Source: a bacterium (lineage in GTDB: Bacteria; Zhuqueibacterota; QNDG01; JAGLOF01). From it: a stretch of DNA of 64,000 bases. Made by a program: the position numbers and the translations under genes. Below the pieces are notes generated by a model, which saw nothing but the letters and a program-made list of their open reading frames with translations, was not told the origin of the DNA and ran no database searches. Numbering within the stretch: position 1 is the first letter of the stretch; each line of letters begins with the position of its first letter. Positions 17,983 to 28,078 of this stretch are shown piece by piece. The stretch is from contig JAGLOF010000016.1 of assembly GCA_023139105.1 (NCBI GenBank), positions 959 to 64,958 on the forward strand, given 5' to 3'.

Positions 17983-19053
17983 CTATTTAAAAACACGAAT
18001 AACATCGTTATAAATAACAAAAATCATAAACACCAGGAGAACAGCCATGCCCACCTGCTGGATTATCATCTTCACCTTTAAGGGAATATCCCGGCGTATA
18101 ATACCTTCAATTGTCAGAAAGAACATATGACCGCCATCCAGAACGGGTATGGGCATAAGATTAAGTATAGCAAGATTAAGACTTAAAAGTGCCATGAAAG
18201 ATATCAATGTCGCCCATCCTGCTCTTGCAGAGTCACCGGCCATTTTGGCAATGCCAACCGGGCCGGCTAAATTTTTAATTGACTCTTTTCCTGTAACAAG
18301 CTTGACAACAGCTTCTACTATAAACCGGCCCAGAGCCCATGTGGCTTTTATTGAACGTCCTGCTGATTCAACCGGATTGATATGCCTGATTGTAAAATCC
18401 CGCTCAATACCAATCTGCGGCCAGCGCACGGTCTGCCCGTCTTGTTCCTGCTCATGCACAAGCGGAGTGATTGTCAGTTGAAATGCAGAATCAGCCCTGA
18501 CAACATTTATATCAATAGTCTCACCACCACTGGACCTGATGAGGCGTGTCATATCATCCCATGTGGTGACAGGTTGTTCATTAATAGATGTAATTTTGTC
18601 ACCCGGCAAGAGCCCCGCTTCTACAGCAGGCAAATTTTCTACCAGACTGCCGACAACAGAACCCTCATTGTAAACGGCCTCACCTGAAATCATTCCAGCT
18701 GCCCAGATAACGGCAAATGTGAAAAAGATATTCATGAAAGGGCCTGCAAATATCACCAGCATTCTCTGTATCCATGGATGGGCTCTGAATTCCCATGGTT
18801 TGGGTGCTGCCTCAAGTGTGTCTGTGTCCATAGACTCATCTATCATTCCCGTAATCTTCACATATCCACCAAAAGGAATCCAGCTAAGGCAGTAATCCGT
18901 ATCTCCAACTTTTTTACCGATCATGCGTGGAGGATAACCCAGGGAAAAACGCTCAACCCGTATATGAAACAACTTTGCACAGAGAAAGTGACCCAATTCA
19001 TGGATGAAGACCAGAACGCCTAAAACAAAAACAGTTGAAAGCAGCGTAATCAT
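17983..19053 (-). CDS. rseP: Site-2 intramembrane metalloprotease RseP
   Basis: VFIHELGHFLCAK (HExxH), PDZ domain, NLLPIPVLDGGH. Confidence 0.95.
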   Translation of the reverse strand: MITLLSTVFVLGVLVFIHELGHFLCAKLFHIRVERFSLGYPPRMIGKKVGDTDYCLSWIPFGGYVKITGMIDESMDTDTLEAAPKPWEFRAHPWIQRMLVIFAGPFMNIFFTFAVIWAAGMISGEAVYNEGSVVGSLVENLPAVEAGLLPGDKITSINEQPVTTWDDMTRLIRSSGGETIDINVVRADSAFQLTITPLVHEQEQDGQTVRWPQIGIERDFTIRHINPVESAGRSIKATWALGRFIVEAVVKLVTGKESIKNLAGPVGIAKMAGDSARAGWATLISFMALLSLNLAILNLMPIPVLDGGHMFFLTIEGIIRRDIPLKVKMIIQQVGMAVLLVFMIFVIYNDVIRVFK

Positions 19054-19074
19054 AAAATATCCCTTTTAATTTAT

Positions 19075-20238
19075 CTATCTACCCATTTCCAAATGCCTGT
19101 TCAGCCAGACACGAACATCCCGGTCAATCTCCAGAATGGCGGGCAGATCAACAGCACCGCTTTTAGCAAACTCGTGAAGTGCCATCTCAATATATCGTGA
19201 AATATCTGTAAATTTAATCTGTCCCCGGATAAAAGCTTCCACAGCTATTTCATCTGCAGCATTAAGCACAGCAGGAGCTGTTCCACCTGTTTTTAATGCA
19301 TCAAAGGCCAGAGCCAAAGCCGGAAATTTGTGCAGATCCGGCGGCTCAAAATTGAGAGCAAATGTATCAGACCAATCCATCCGTCTAAAACTACCTCCCA
19401 GACGATGCGGAAAACCAAGTGCATAGGCTATTGGTATACGCATATCCGGTTCACCAAGTTGAGCCTTTACAGAACCATCGATAAACAAAATCATTGAATG
19501 TACAATTGACTGAGGATGAACAACAACCTCAATTTGATCAGGCCCCACTCCAAATAACCAACGGGCTTCAATTACTTCCAGGCCTTTATTCAGGAGTGTC
19601 GCAGAATCAATAGTTACTTTTCTGCCCATAGACCAATTAGGATGAGCCAGAGCCTGCTCAACAGTTACGCCGGCCAAGTCTTCTTTGGCAGTCTCTCTGA
19701 AAGGCCCGCCTGATGCCGTTAAAATCAACTTTTCAACTGATTCGGCCCTCTCTCCCACCAGGCATTGAAACAGTGCTGAGTGCTCTGAATCAATAGGAAG
19801 TATGGAAAGATTACGTTTTGCAGCCATGCCCATAATCAATTCACCGGCCATAACCAGAACTTCTTTATTGGCCAAAGCTATCGGCCGATTTGCCTCAAGA
19901 GCAGTGACTGTCGCCTCAAGCCCCACAGCTCCTACCAGAGCATTTACTACAAGATCAGCAGCATCATATGCTGCTGCATCCAGAAGGCCCTGCCTGCCAA
20001 AAAGCAGATTGACACCAATATCGTGGAAACGGCTGCGCCAGTGAGTCCGATCAACATCACCTGTCAGAACGGCCAGGGCAGGACGCCACTTCCGTGCAAT
20101 ATCGTAGAGACTTTCCGCTCCGGAGTGTGCAGTTATAACTTTCAATTCAAAGAGATCTTCATGCTGACTCATGACATCAAGAGTCTGAAGACCAATAGAA
20201 CCTGTTGCTCCCCACAATGCAATGCGTTTTCTAGCCAT
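19075..20238 (-). CDS. dxr: 1-deoxy-D-xylulose 5-phosphate reductoisomerase
   Basis: IALWGATGSIGLQTLDV; LPIDSEHSALFQCL; LTASGGPFRE; HPNWSMGRKVTIDSATLLNKGLE. Confidence 0.97.
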   Translation of the reverse strand: MARKRIALWGATGSIGLQTLDVMSQHEDLFELKVITAHSGAESLYDIARKWRPALAVLTGDVDRTHWRSRFHDIGVNLLFGRQGLLDAAAYDAADLVVNALVGAVGLEATVTALEANRPIALANKEVLVMAGELIMGMAAKRNLSILPIDSEHSALFQCLVGERAESVEKLILTASGGPFRETAKEDLAGVTVEQALAHPNWSMGRKVTIDSATLLNKGLEVIEARWLFGVGPDQIEVVVHPQSIVHSMILFIDGSVKAQLGEPDMRIPIAYALGFPHRLGGSFRRMDWSDTFALNFEPPDLHKFPALALAFDALKTGGTAPAVLNAADEIAVEAFIRGQIKFTDISRYIEMALHEFAKSGAVDLPAILEIDRDVRVWLNRHLEMGR

Positions 20239-21061
20239 GTAGCTCCTCCGGACCTGGAAGCAAGGTAAAATCAGAACGCAATTCTTCTATTTTGCCTAGT
20301 TCCGAATCTGTAAGAGAGGCATCTGCAAAACAAATATTCAATTGCTCAGCCATACCTGCGCGCAGGTGAGGCGTCACTTCATCATACTCTACTGTTCTTC
20401 CCAGGCATGCGCCTATTGATGACGTCTTGGATTCAATAGCGCGTCTGAGCCTGGTCTTTTCCCGTTCTGTTCCGCCGGAGAGAAACTTGGGTAGATCAAG
20501 ATGTGCATCACCGATAAGAATGGAACCATGTTGCAACATGCCTTCAGCCAGATGACGTTGAGCTGAACCAACAAGTTTTTTCCCATCTACTAAAATTTCA
20601 TGTCGTGCCGCTGCAGAAAAACAGGACACGGACAGATCTTTTTTATAGTGTTCATGCAGGTCTACAGATCGTTTTTCCAGTTCAGCCGGCACATCCATAC
20701 GCCTGATACCACGGGCAAGCCCCTGGCTCAGTGTCATATACAGAGCAGCTACATTATCCAGGTACTGCGTATTAGACTTGGGAATTATCACTGAGTAAGT
20801 AACCTCTTCCGCATGAAATACTGCCCGCCCGCCTGTAGGCCTGCGAACAACATGTATACCCGCATCCTTACATGCAGCTACATCTATGCTGTCAAGTTTC
20901 TGATGATAACCAAGAGAGATGCAGTAGGGGGCCCATCTATACATCCGCATTGTTGGCATGCCAACTTCTTCTGAACATGCAAGAATAGCCTGGTCCATGG
21001 CCATTTGTCGTGCCCCGTCGGAAAAGCCCGTATCTATCCAGCGCCATGTATTAATACTCAT
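20231..21061 (-). CDS. LipM/LplA-family octanoyl/lipoyl transferase
   Basis: WRWIDTGFSDGARQMAMDQAIL...VVRRPTGGRAVFHAEEVTYSVI...VSCFSAAARHEILVDGKKLVGSAQRH...MLQHGSILI; the Cys in the SCF motif is consistent with LipM-type. Confidence 0.8.
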   Translation of the reverse strand: MSINTWRWIDTGFSDGARQMAMDQAILACSEEVGMPTMRMYRWAPYCISLGYHQKLDSIDVAACKDAGIHVVRRPTGGRAVFHAEEVTYSVIIPKSNTQYLDNVAALYMTLSQGLARGIRRMDVPAELEKRSVDLHEHYKKDLSVSCFSAAARHEILVDGKKLVGSAQRHLAEGMLQHGSILIGDAHLDLPKFLSGGTEREKTRLRRAIESKTSSIGACLGRTVEYDEVTPHLRAGMAEQLNICFADASLTDSELGKIEELRSDFTLLPGPEELHG

Positions 21062-21062
21062 A

Positions 21063-21842
21063 TCAGCGTACAATCCCACGTTTGGAGTTGTCCATAAACT
21101 GCATAACATTTTCAATAACAGGCGTTATCTCAAGCTCGGAACGGATACGCTGAAATGCCTGGCTTGTATTGAGTTTGGAGCGATAGATGATTCGATATGA
21201 TTGCCGCAGTAAACGTATCTCCGCCTTATCAAAACCACGTCTCTTTAATCCAACGGCATTTAAACCATTATATGCCAGGGGCTCACCTGCAGCCAGAATA
21301 TATGGAGGCACATCCTGTACAACACGGAAACCGCCTCCGATAAATGAGTGCTGACCCACAGTACAAAACTGATGCACAGGTGTGAGACCTCCAATAATCA
21401 CCCAGTCTTCCAAGGTGACATGACCGGCCAGTTGAACGCCATTCGCCAGGATAACTCTATCTCCAACCACACAATCATGTGCAACATGACTGTAGGCCAT
21501 AAGCAGACAATGAGCACCTACACTGGTTTTATTAGTACTGACCGTTCCCCTGTTAAGATCGGCATACTCACGGATGACCGTAAAATCGCCAATCTCCAGT
21601 GTCGTTGGTTCACCTGCATACTTCAAATCCTGTGGAGGCGAACCAATAACAGCGCCGTGATGAATATCGCAGGAGCGGCCGATACGTGCACCATCATCCA
21701 CTAAAACATGTGAATGAATTACAGTATCTTCTGCAATTTTAACATCACCGCGAATTATTGAAAATGCTCCAACACTGACTGAATCAGCAAGTTCTGCTTT
21801 GGGATCTATAATTGCTGTTGGATGAATTTTAGCCAACGGCAA
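21063..21842 (-). CDS. lpxA: UDP-N-acetylglucosamine acyltransferase
   Basis: IHPTAIIDPKAELADSVSVGAFSII; CLLMAYSHVAHDCVVGDRVILANGVQLAGHV. Confidence 0.95.
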   Translation of the reverse strand: MPLAKIHPTAIIDPKAELADSVSVGAFSIIRGDVKIAEDTVIHSHVLVDDGARIGRSCDIHHGAVIGSPPQDLKYAGEPTTLEIGDFTVIREYADLNRGTVSTNKTSVGAHCLLMAYSHVAHDCVVGDRVILANGVQLAGHVTLEDWVIIGGLTPVHQFCTVGQHSFIGGGFRVVQDVPPYILAAGEPLAYNGLNAVGLKRRGFDKAEIRLLRQSYRIIYRSKLNTSQAFQRIRSELEITPVIENVMQFMDNSKRGIVR

Positions 21843-21848
21843 GTCTCC

Positions 21849-23252
21849 TTATTCTCTATCTACAATTGCGCACATCAATTCGGATTCACATACAAGTTCA
21901 TCATCTACAAAGGCCTTACAAGCCATTTTGCAGGAACTTGCCCTCTGACGCAGCAATGTAATGTCTAAAATTAACTGATCTCCCGGTACAACCGGCTTAC
22001 GGAAGCGTACTTTATCAATTGTCATGAAATAAGCTATCTTTGACTCGGGATCTTCCAGACTGTTCAGAAGAAGCACAGCACCAGCCTGAGCCATACACTC
22101 CAATTGCAATACACCTGGCATTACAGGGTGGTCAGGAAAATGACCCGGGAAAAACGGCTCATTCATCGTAACATTTTTCAAACCCACAACCCTCGTACCC
22201 GGATCCAGTTCAATAATCCGGTCAACAAGAAGGAAGGGATAACGATGAGGAAGTATCCTGGCAATGGCCTCACTGTCAAAAATTACTCCACGTTTTGTGG
22301 GTTTTTTCTGGTATTTAGAAGTAAGTTTTTTCTTTTGATAGAGCTGACGTATCTTCTTCACCAATTCTACATGAGCAGCATGCCCGGAGCGTGCTGCCAT
22401 AACATGGGCCTTTAGCGGAACTCCCAAAAGCGCAAGATCTCCAATTAAATCCAGGGTTTTATGCCTCACTGGCTCATTGGCAAAACGCAGCTCTTTATTA
22501 CCGAGTATTTCACCATGATGCCCTACCGACACTTCACCCTTGAGCCCAAACCTTTTGGTCAGTCCGGCCATCTCTTCAGTGGATACTTCACGGTCAACTA
22601 TTACCACAGCATTGTCCAGATTACCGCCTTGTATCAGACCTTTATCATGCAGCATCTCTACTTCTGTCAAAAAACAAAAAGTACGCGTAGGTGCATAGTC
22701 TGTCACAAATTCATCAGATAATGAATACATTGACGTATACTGTGTACCTAGTGCAGGATTTTTATAATCTACCATAAAAGTAATACGCAGTTCATCAGAG
22801 GGAAAGACAACCATATCAATGCCATTTTCAGGATCAGTATATGTAATTGTCTCATCTATTTCAAGATACTGTCTCTCGGCATCCTGCTCAACAATACCTG
22901 CTTCCTGTAGAATTTTTACAAACGGCATAGCACTGCCGTCACCGACAGGCGGTTCATTTGAATCAACTTCTACACGAACATTGTCAATCTCCATACCATA
23001 GAGAGCGGCCAAAACATGTTCAACCTGCCTTATGCGTACATCACCAATGCCAATTGTTGTGTCCCGTGAATTATCAACGACATGATCGATATCAGCCTGT
23101 ATCTCCGGGCAATTTTCAATATCAGTCCTTACAAATCTAATGCCGGTATTGGGTTCAGCAGGCCAGAAAGTAATTGTAACTTTATTGCCTGTATGCAAAC
23201 CTGTTCCGGAATCCGAAACCGGTTTGCCGATAGTGCGTTGTTGTGTAATCAT
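21849..23252 (-). CDS. lpxC-fabZ: Bifunctional LpxC deacetylase / FabZ (3R)-hydroxyacyl-ACP dehydratase fusion
   Basis: LpxC half (HTGNKVTITFWPAEPNTGI..., VRQVEHVLAALYGM, HKTLDLIGDLAL) followed by FabZ (IARILPHRYPFLLVDRI..., FFPGHFPDHPVMPGVL.LE.MAQ). Confidence 0.95.
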   Translation of the reverse strand: MITQQRTIGKPVSDSGTGLHTGNKVTITFWPAEPNTGIRFVRTDIENCPEIQADIDHVVDNSRDTTIGIGDVRIRQVEHVLAALYGMEIDNVRVEVDSNEPPVGDGSAMPFVKILQEAGIVEQDAERQYLEIDETITYTDPENGIDMVVFPSDELRITFMVDYKNPALGTQYTSMYSLSDEFVTDYAPTRTFCFLTEVEMLHDKGLIQGGNLDNAVVIVDREVSTEEMAGLTKRFGLKGEVSVGHHGEILGNKELRFANEPVRHKTLDLIGDLALLGVPLKAHVMAARSGHAAHVELVKKIRQLYQKKKLTSKYQKKPTKRGVIFDSEAIARILPHRYPFLLVDRIIELDPGTRVVGLKNVTMNEPFFPGHFPDHPVMPGVLQLECMAQAGAVLLLNSLEDPESKIAYFMTIDKVRFRKPVVPGDQLILDITLLRQRASSCKMACKAFVDDELVCESELMCAIVDRE

Positions 23253-23352
23253 AAATTCCTCTTTATAATTTCAACTTAAATGCTGTCTCATAAGCCCGAA
23301 TGAATCTCATAAAAAATTTTGAAATCATCATGACAACACCTGTCTATTCAGA

Positions 23353-24393
23353 TCAGGAACCTACCGAACGGGAGGCCGACAAATCATCTAACTTAGCTTT
23401 AATTTCCTTAATATCCTTTAATGCCTTAGGCAGTTGCCTTTTAGCTGCATCCAGGCGCATCTCCTGTCTATGCGGCCCCGCAGGCGAACCAACTACTACT
23501 TCATTATCCTTTAGAGATTTGGACACGCCGGATTGAGCCATAATTGCCACATTATCACCAATGGAAATATGTCCGGCAAAACCAACCTGCCCGCCTACAC
23601 GGCACCAGCCTTTAATATTCGTGCTGCCTGAAAGGCCTGTCTGTGCTGCAATTACAGTATGCGGCCCTATGGAACAATTATGTGCCACTTGTATCAGGTT
23701 ATCCAACTTGGTGCCGCATAGTATACGTGTTTCACCCATGGTTGCCCGGTCGATTGTGACATTCGCACCAATTTCCACATCATCTTCAATTACAACTGTG
23801 CCTATCTGAGGAATTTTGTGATAGGCTCCATTATGAGGTACAAATCCAAAACCGTCACAACCAATTACAGTCCCATCATATATTACAACACGATCACCAA
23901 GAATTACAGCTTCCCGCAGACTGACATTTGCATGAATAATACAGTCATCACCAATCTTTACACCATCTCCAACAACGGTATTGGGCAATATCTGTGTATT
24001 GGCGCCGATAGAACAATTACTGCCTATTACGACATGTGCGCCTACTGCTGCTCCCCTGCCCAGATCTGTGCCTTCTCCGATAATTGCAGAAGCGTGAACT
24101 CCTGCTGGTATAAATGGTCTTACTGGAAAAAACATACGAATAGTCTGCATAAACGCAAAATATGAGTTTTTACATCTGATAACCGGCAGCTGTGTTGGCA
24201 CTTCCACATCAAGGGGTATAATAACTGCAGATGCCCCTGTATTCTCCAGATGTTTCACATATTTGGTATTTGCTAAAAATGAAATACTGCCTTCTTTACC
24301 CTCTTCAATTTTAGACACGCCATTTATGATCATATCCGGAGGGCCGACAAGCTCTCCATCGACCAGCTCGGCGATAGATTGCAATGTAAACAT
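23353..24393 (-). CDS. lpxD: UDP-3-O-acyl-glucosamine N-acyltransferase
   Basis: DGFGFVPHNGAYHKIPQIGTVVIEDDVEIGANVTIDRATMG...DNLIQVAHNCSIG. Confidence 0.95.
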   Translation of the reverse strand: MFTLQSIAELVDGELVGPPDMIINGVSKIEEGKEGSISFLANTKYVKHLENTGASAVIIPLDVEVPTQLPVIRCKNSYFAFMQTIRMFFPVRPFIPAGVHASAIIGEGTDLGRGAAVGAHVVIGSNCSIGANTQILPNTVVGDGVKIGDDCIIHANVSLREAVILGDRVVIYDGTVIGCDGFGFVPHNGAYHKIPQIGTVVIEDDVEIGANVTIDRATMGETRILCGTKLDNLIQVAHNCSIGPHTVIAAQTGLSGSTNIKGWCRVGGQVGFAGHISIGDNVAIMAQSGVSKSLKDNEVVVGSPAGPHRQEMRLDAAKRQLPKALKDIKEIKAKLDDLSASRSVGS

Positions 24394-24941
24394 CAGCGAC
24401 CTCGATTAGTATTTTTCTTTTTCGGGGATTGACGCCGTAAAAGCTCTATCACATCTTCAGTGATATCCATATTCTCTTTGGCAAAAAGTATATTACCCTC
24501 AATGGAGTCGAAGACAATATCCAATCCCCGGTCATCGGCAATCTCATCGACAGCGACCTTAATATTTTCATATATTGGCCTCAGCAGTTCTTCCTGCTTT
24601 TTAAAATATTGGCCGGCATCACCCCAAACTTGTTTCTGAAACTGCTGAATCTCCTGGTGAAGCGCAGAGATTTCATCCGTTCTCTCTTTTTTCCGTGCGT
24701 TACTCAGAAGCAGGCTATAGGTTTCAAGCTCTTTCTCCATCTTATCCAAATTCCGATTCTTCTCCGAGAGTTCCTGTTCCCACTTACGGTTCTCCTCATT
24801 CAATAGTTTTTCAGCATCTCTGACAGCCTCATAACTATCTCTTATCTTCTTGGAATCCACATAGCCGATTTTAGATTGTGCCTGTATAGCGGACGAAAAA
24901 AGCAGTATTAGAGCCATACTCAATGCAATGTAAAATCTCAC
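24393..24941 (-). CDS. OmpH/Skp family periplasmic chaperone (copy 2)
   Basis: Signal peptide then KIGYVDSKKIRDSYEAVRDAEK with coiled coil and DIVFDSIEGNILFAKENMDITEDVI; likely GTG start at 24941. Confidence 0.85.
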   Translation of the reverse strand: MRFYIALSMALILLFSSAIQAQSKIGYVDSKKIRDSYEAVRDAEKLLNEENRKWEQELSEKNRNLDKMEKELETYSLLLSNARKKERTDEISALHQEIQQFQKQVWGDAGQYFKKQEELLRPIYENIKVAVDEIADDRGLDIVFDSIEGNILFAKENMDITEDVIELLRRQSPKKKNTNRGR

Positions 24942-25052
24942 TTCATCCTCCTTAAAGCCGCAAAAACGACTATTGTTACAGGTAAGAGAACCAACCCTCT
25001 CAAAACAATAAAACATCCATGGCCTCTTCAAGGTGGATGTCTAATTGAAAAC

Positions 25053-25083
25053 TGTGCCGGCCACTGACAAAGAGACCGGCACA
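25053..25083 (-). terminator. Stem-loop between the two skp/ompH genes (attenuator/terminator candidate)
   Basis: Perfect 8-bp arms tgtgccgg ... ccggcaca; minus-strand 3' side followed by gTTTTc. Confidence 0.4.
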
Positions 25084-25112
25084 CTATCAGAACAATGCTC
25101 TTGAAATAATTA

Positions 25113-25646
25113 CTATTTCGTGGCAGTGCCTTTATCCTTCTGCAGTTCCTCAAGCACTTTTTCCGTAATATTAATAGAATCTTTTGCAAAAAGCAGTGCT
25201 TCTGATTTCAAAACAAAATCATAACCATTTTCATCACCGACATTCTTTATTGCTGTATCCACTTCTTCAACTATCGGCCCCAGAAGTTCATCACGCCGTT
25301 TATTGAACTCCTGATCTTTAACCTGTGCCTGTTGCTGCAACTGTTGATACAGAGTCTGAAGCTCTTCATACTGTTGACGTTTTTTCTCTTCACTGAGCAT
25401 AAGGCTCTGCTGTTCAAGTTTTTTCTGACGGTCAACAAGATCTTTTTCCATCGTCTGGAGCTCTGAGGCAATAACCGCTCTCTCACTCTCAAGTTGTTTG
25501 GCAATATCAATAGAACCTTGATACTTGGCCATGATGTACTGAGTATCTACATAACCGACTTTCAATTGAGCCATAACAGGCATTGCTACAAATACAAGCA
25601 ATAAAGCCAGAACTACAAATAAACGTTGAATTTTTTGAATAGACAA
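25113..25646 (-). CDS. OmpH/Skp family periplasmic chaperone (copy 1)
   Basis: QLKVGYVDTQYIMAKYQGSIDIAKQLE..., coiled coil, YDFVLKSEALLFAKDSINITEKVLEEL. Confidence 0.85.
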   Translation of the reverse strand: MSIQKIQRLFVVLALLLVFVAMPVMAQLKVGYVDTQYIMAKYQGSIDIAKQLESERAVIASELQTMEKDLVDRQKKLEQQSLMLSEEKKRQQYEELQTLYQQLQQQAQVKDQEFNKRRDELLGPIVEEVDTAIKNVGDENGYDFVLKSEALLFAKDSINITEKVLEELQKDKGTATK

Positions 25647-25688
25647 TTTTTCCTCCTGATATAAATGATCTTACATTTTTTTATATTA

Positions 25689-28043
25689 TTAAAAACTTCT
25701 ACCAAAGACAAAATGAGGTTTCCATTTAGCAGTTTTCAAACCTGCCTCATCAATATTATCAAAACCATATGCATAATCAAAACCTAACATGCCTACCATT
25801 GGCATAAATATACGTGCACCTATACCCACAGAACGTCTTAAGTTAAACGGGTCCATGGCTCCGACATCAAACCAGGTATTACCTGCTTCGGCAAAAATAA
25901 TTCCAAAAGCTACAGGATTATTGATTAAGGGGAAGCGCAGTTCAAACGTTGTCTTAAGCATGGCACGTCCACCCTCACTGCGATACTGGCCTCCTGCCAG
26001 AGGATCATCATAACCACGCAAAGGAATAGAACGGGACATACCGCTTCCGCCCATAAAATAATAATCAGTATATTGAATATGACTATCCTCTGAAAGCAGT
26101 TCCATAAAACCCATACTTGCGCGTGCCAGAAATACTATACGGGGTGAAAGCGCAGGCAGGAAAAACTCTGCATTAAACTCATGTTTATGATAGCCTACAT
26201 TGCCACCCAGAGGGCCTCCGGCTAAAGTAGCCGTATAGCTTACTTTTGATCCGCGTGTAGGAAATTCAGGGTTATCCAGACTATTACGGCTGAATATCTG
26301 AGTTATACTGCTGGTAGTCAAAGGCCAATCTTCATTTACAATATTATTCGGATTATATTGAATAATATATTCGGCAAAATCTGAAAGTTCTGTCTCATCG
26401 TAACGATAGATCAAGTCTGATCTGAAATAATTATCAGGCCATGAGAGGCGGCGGCCGGAACGGATAGAGAATCCACGGCTTCTCTGAGAGTAACCGATAT
26501 AATAAGCATCACGTTTTATGTCATGGACAGAAAAACCCAGCAGTGTCGGAGTGTTCATGAACCATGGCTCATTAAAACTAAGGCTGAATGAGCGGTAGTA
26601 TCGGCCAAAATTCCAGTCCAGACTCAACGCCTGACCATTTCCAAAAAGATTATTCATACCCAGACCGATACTGCCAATTAACTTATCCAGTTCGCTCCAA
26701 CCAATGGACAAGTTTGCGGTCTGTGTTGATTTTTCATCTACCTGAAAAGAAAGATCCATCTTTGCCTGATCACCAACAGGAACGGCGTTAGGCACAACAT
26801 TGGAAAAGAAGTTAAGCATCATTAAATCCCGTGCGCTTCGCATCAGTAACTCTTTACTGAAGACATCACCGGGATGAATACGGAGCTGACGCCGTATGAC
26901 TCTTTCTTTTGTAGATGTATTACCGGATATATGTATTTTCCTGATAGTTACGGGATTAGCCTCTTCAATCAGGAATGTCACATCCAGAGTATCAGCCCCG
27001 CGGAGCTTCTCAACAGGATTTATCTGTGCATAGATATATCCGCGATCCCAATAAGCACCCTGAATTTTTTCATAAATGGATTCGGTGAATTTTTTCTCAC
27101 TAAATTGATCACCTTCTTTAAATGTAACCAGTGTTGCCAATTCAGTCTCATCAAGCAAGGCATTACCTTCCCATTCCAGCTTGCCGAAATAGTACTTTAC
27201 ACCTTCACTAACCCACAGATCGATAAACATGTCTGTTCTAGCGTCATCATAATAAAGAGAATCTCTGAGTACGGCAGCATCACGATAACCCTCATTATGG
27301 TAAAATTCTAAAATCTTCTCTTTATCAGCAACGAACTTTTCCTTATCAAAGTTACCACCGCGCCACCATCTGTCTTCCTTGGTTTTCTTTAATTGCTTGC
27401 GCAATTTTCCATCGGAAAAATTCTGATTGCCAAAGAATCGAATGCGCTTAATCTGAACTTTGCTGCCTTCATTGATCTTTATCTTTAATATTACACGACC
27501 CTGGGTATCGGAATCAATTACCTCAGGTTCTACCTCAGCCAATGTATAACCTTTTTCAGCGTACATTTCAATTATGCTACGCCTGGCCTTGGCAACATCG
27601 CTCATATTCAATACCTGTCCGCGATAAAAACCAATATCTTCTTCCAGTTCCCTGGTCTTGATCTTATCATTTCCCTCAATGACTACTTTTTCCAGTTTCG
27701 GGTATTCTTTCACATGGATTGTCAGGTAGACACCATCACCGACTTGCCGGTCCAGTGTAACCCGGACATCGGAAAAAACACCAAGTGCCCAAACCTGACG
27801 GATAGCTTTCTGCATATCATCCCATGTAATCGTCTTTCCTTCACGCAGGCCGGAACTCAACCTCACAACGCTGGCCGCAGCGTTTTTATTTCCGGATACA
27901 GACACACCCAATACTTTGGCAGGCAGGACATTTTGTGCATGCAGAGAAGAGACTGTAAGCAAAAGTCCAATAAAAATTCGTATGAAATTAATGTAATACC
28001 GCTTCAAAAAACAAGACCTCCAATAAAAATTATCTTTTAACAT
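25689..28043 (-). CDS. bamA: Outer membrane protein assembly factor BamA
   Basis: Repeated POTRA domains and C-terminal Omp85 barrel (YYFMGGSGMSRSIPLRGYDD, aromatic C-terminal F). Confidence 0.95.
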   Translation of the reverse strand: MLKDNFYWRSCFLKRYYINFIRIFIGLLLTVSSLHAQNVLPAKVLGVSVSGNKNAAASVVRLSSGLREGKTITWDDMQKAIRQVWALGVFSDVRVTLDRQVGDGVYLTIHVKEYPKLEKVVIEGNDKIKTRELEEDIGFYRGQVLNMSDVAKARRSIIEMYAEKGYTLAEVEPEVIDSDTQGRVILKIKINEGSKVQIKRIRFFGNQNFSDGKLRKQLKKTKEDRWWRGGNFDKEKFVADKEKILEFYHNEGYRDAAVLRDSLYYDDARTDMFIDLWVSEGVKYYFGKLEWEGNALLDETELATLVTFKEGDQFSEKKFTESIYEKIQGAYWDRGYIYAQINPVEKLRGADTLDVTFLIEEANPVTIRKIHISGNTSTKERVIRRQLRIHPGDVFSKELLMRSARDLMMLNFFSNVVPNAVPVGDQAKMDLSFQVDEKSTQTANLSIGWSELDKLIGSIGLGMNNLFGNGQALSLDWNFGRYYRSFSLSFNEPWFMNTPTLLGFSVHDIKRDAYYIGYSQRSRGFSIRSGRRLSWPDNYFRSDLIYRYDETELSDFAEYIIQYNPNNIVNEDWPLTTSSITQIFSRNSLDNPEFPTRGSKVSYTATLAGGPLGGNVGYHKHEFNAEFFLPALSPRIVFLARASMGFMELLSEDSHIQYTDYYFMGGSGMSRSIPLRGYDDPLAGGQYRSEGGRAMLKTTFELRFPLINNPVAFGIIFAEAGNTWFDVGAMDPFNLRRSVGIGARIFMPMVGMLGFDYAYGFDNIDEAGLKTAKWKPHFVFGRSF

Positions 28044-28078
28044 ACAAAAATTTAGTTTTCTTGTAAAGCAAAAACAAT

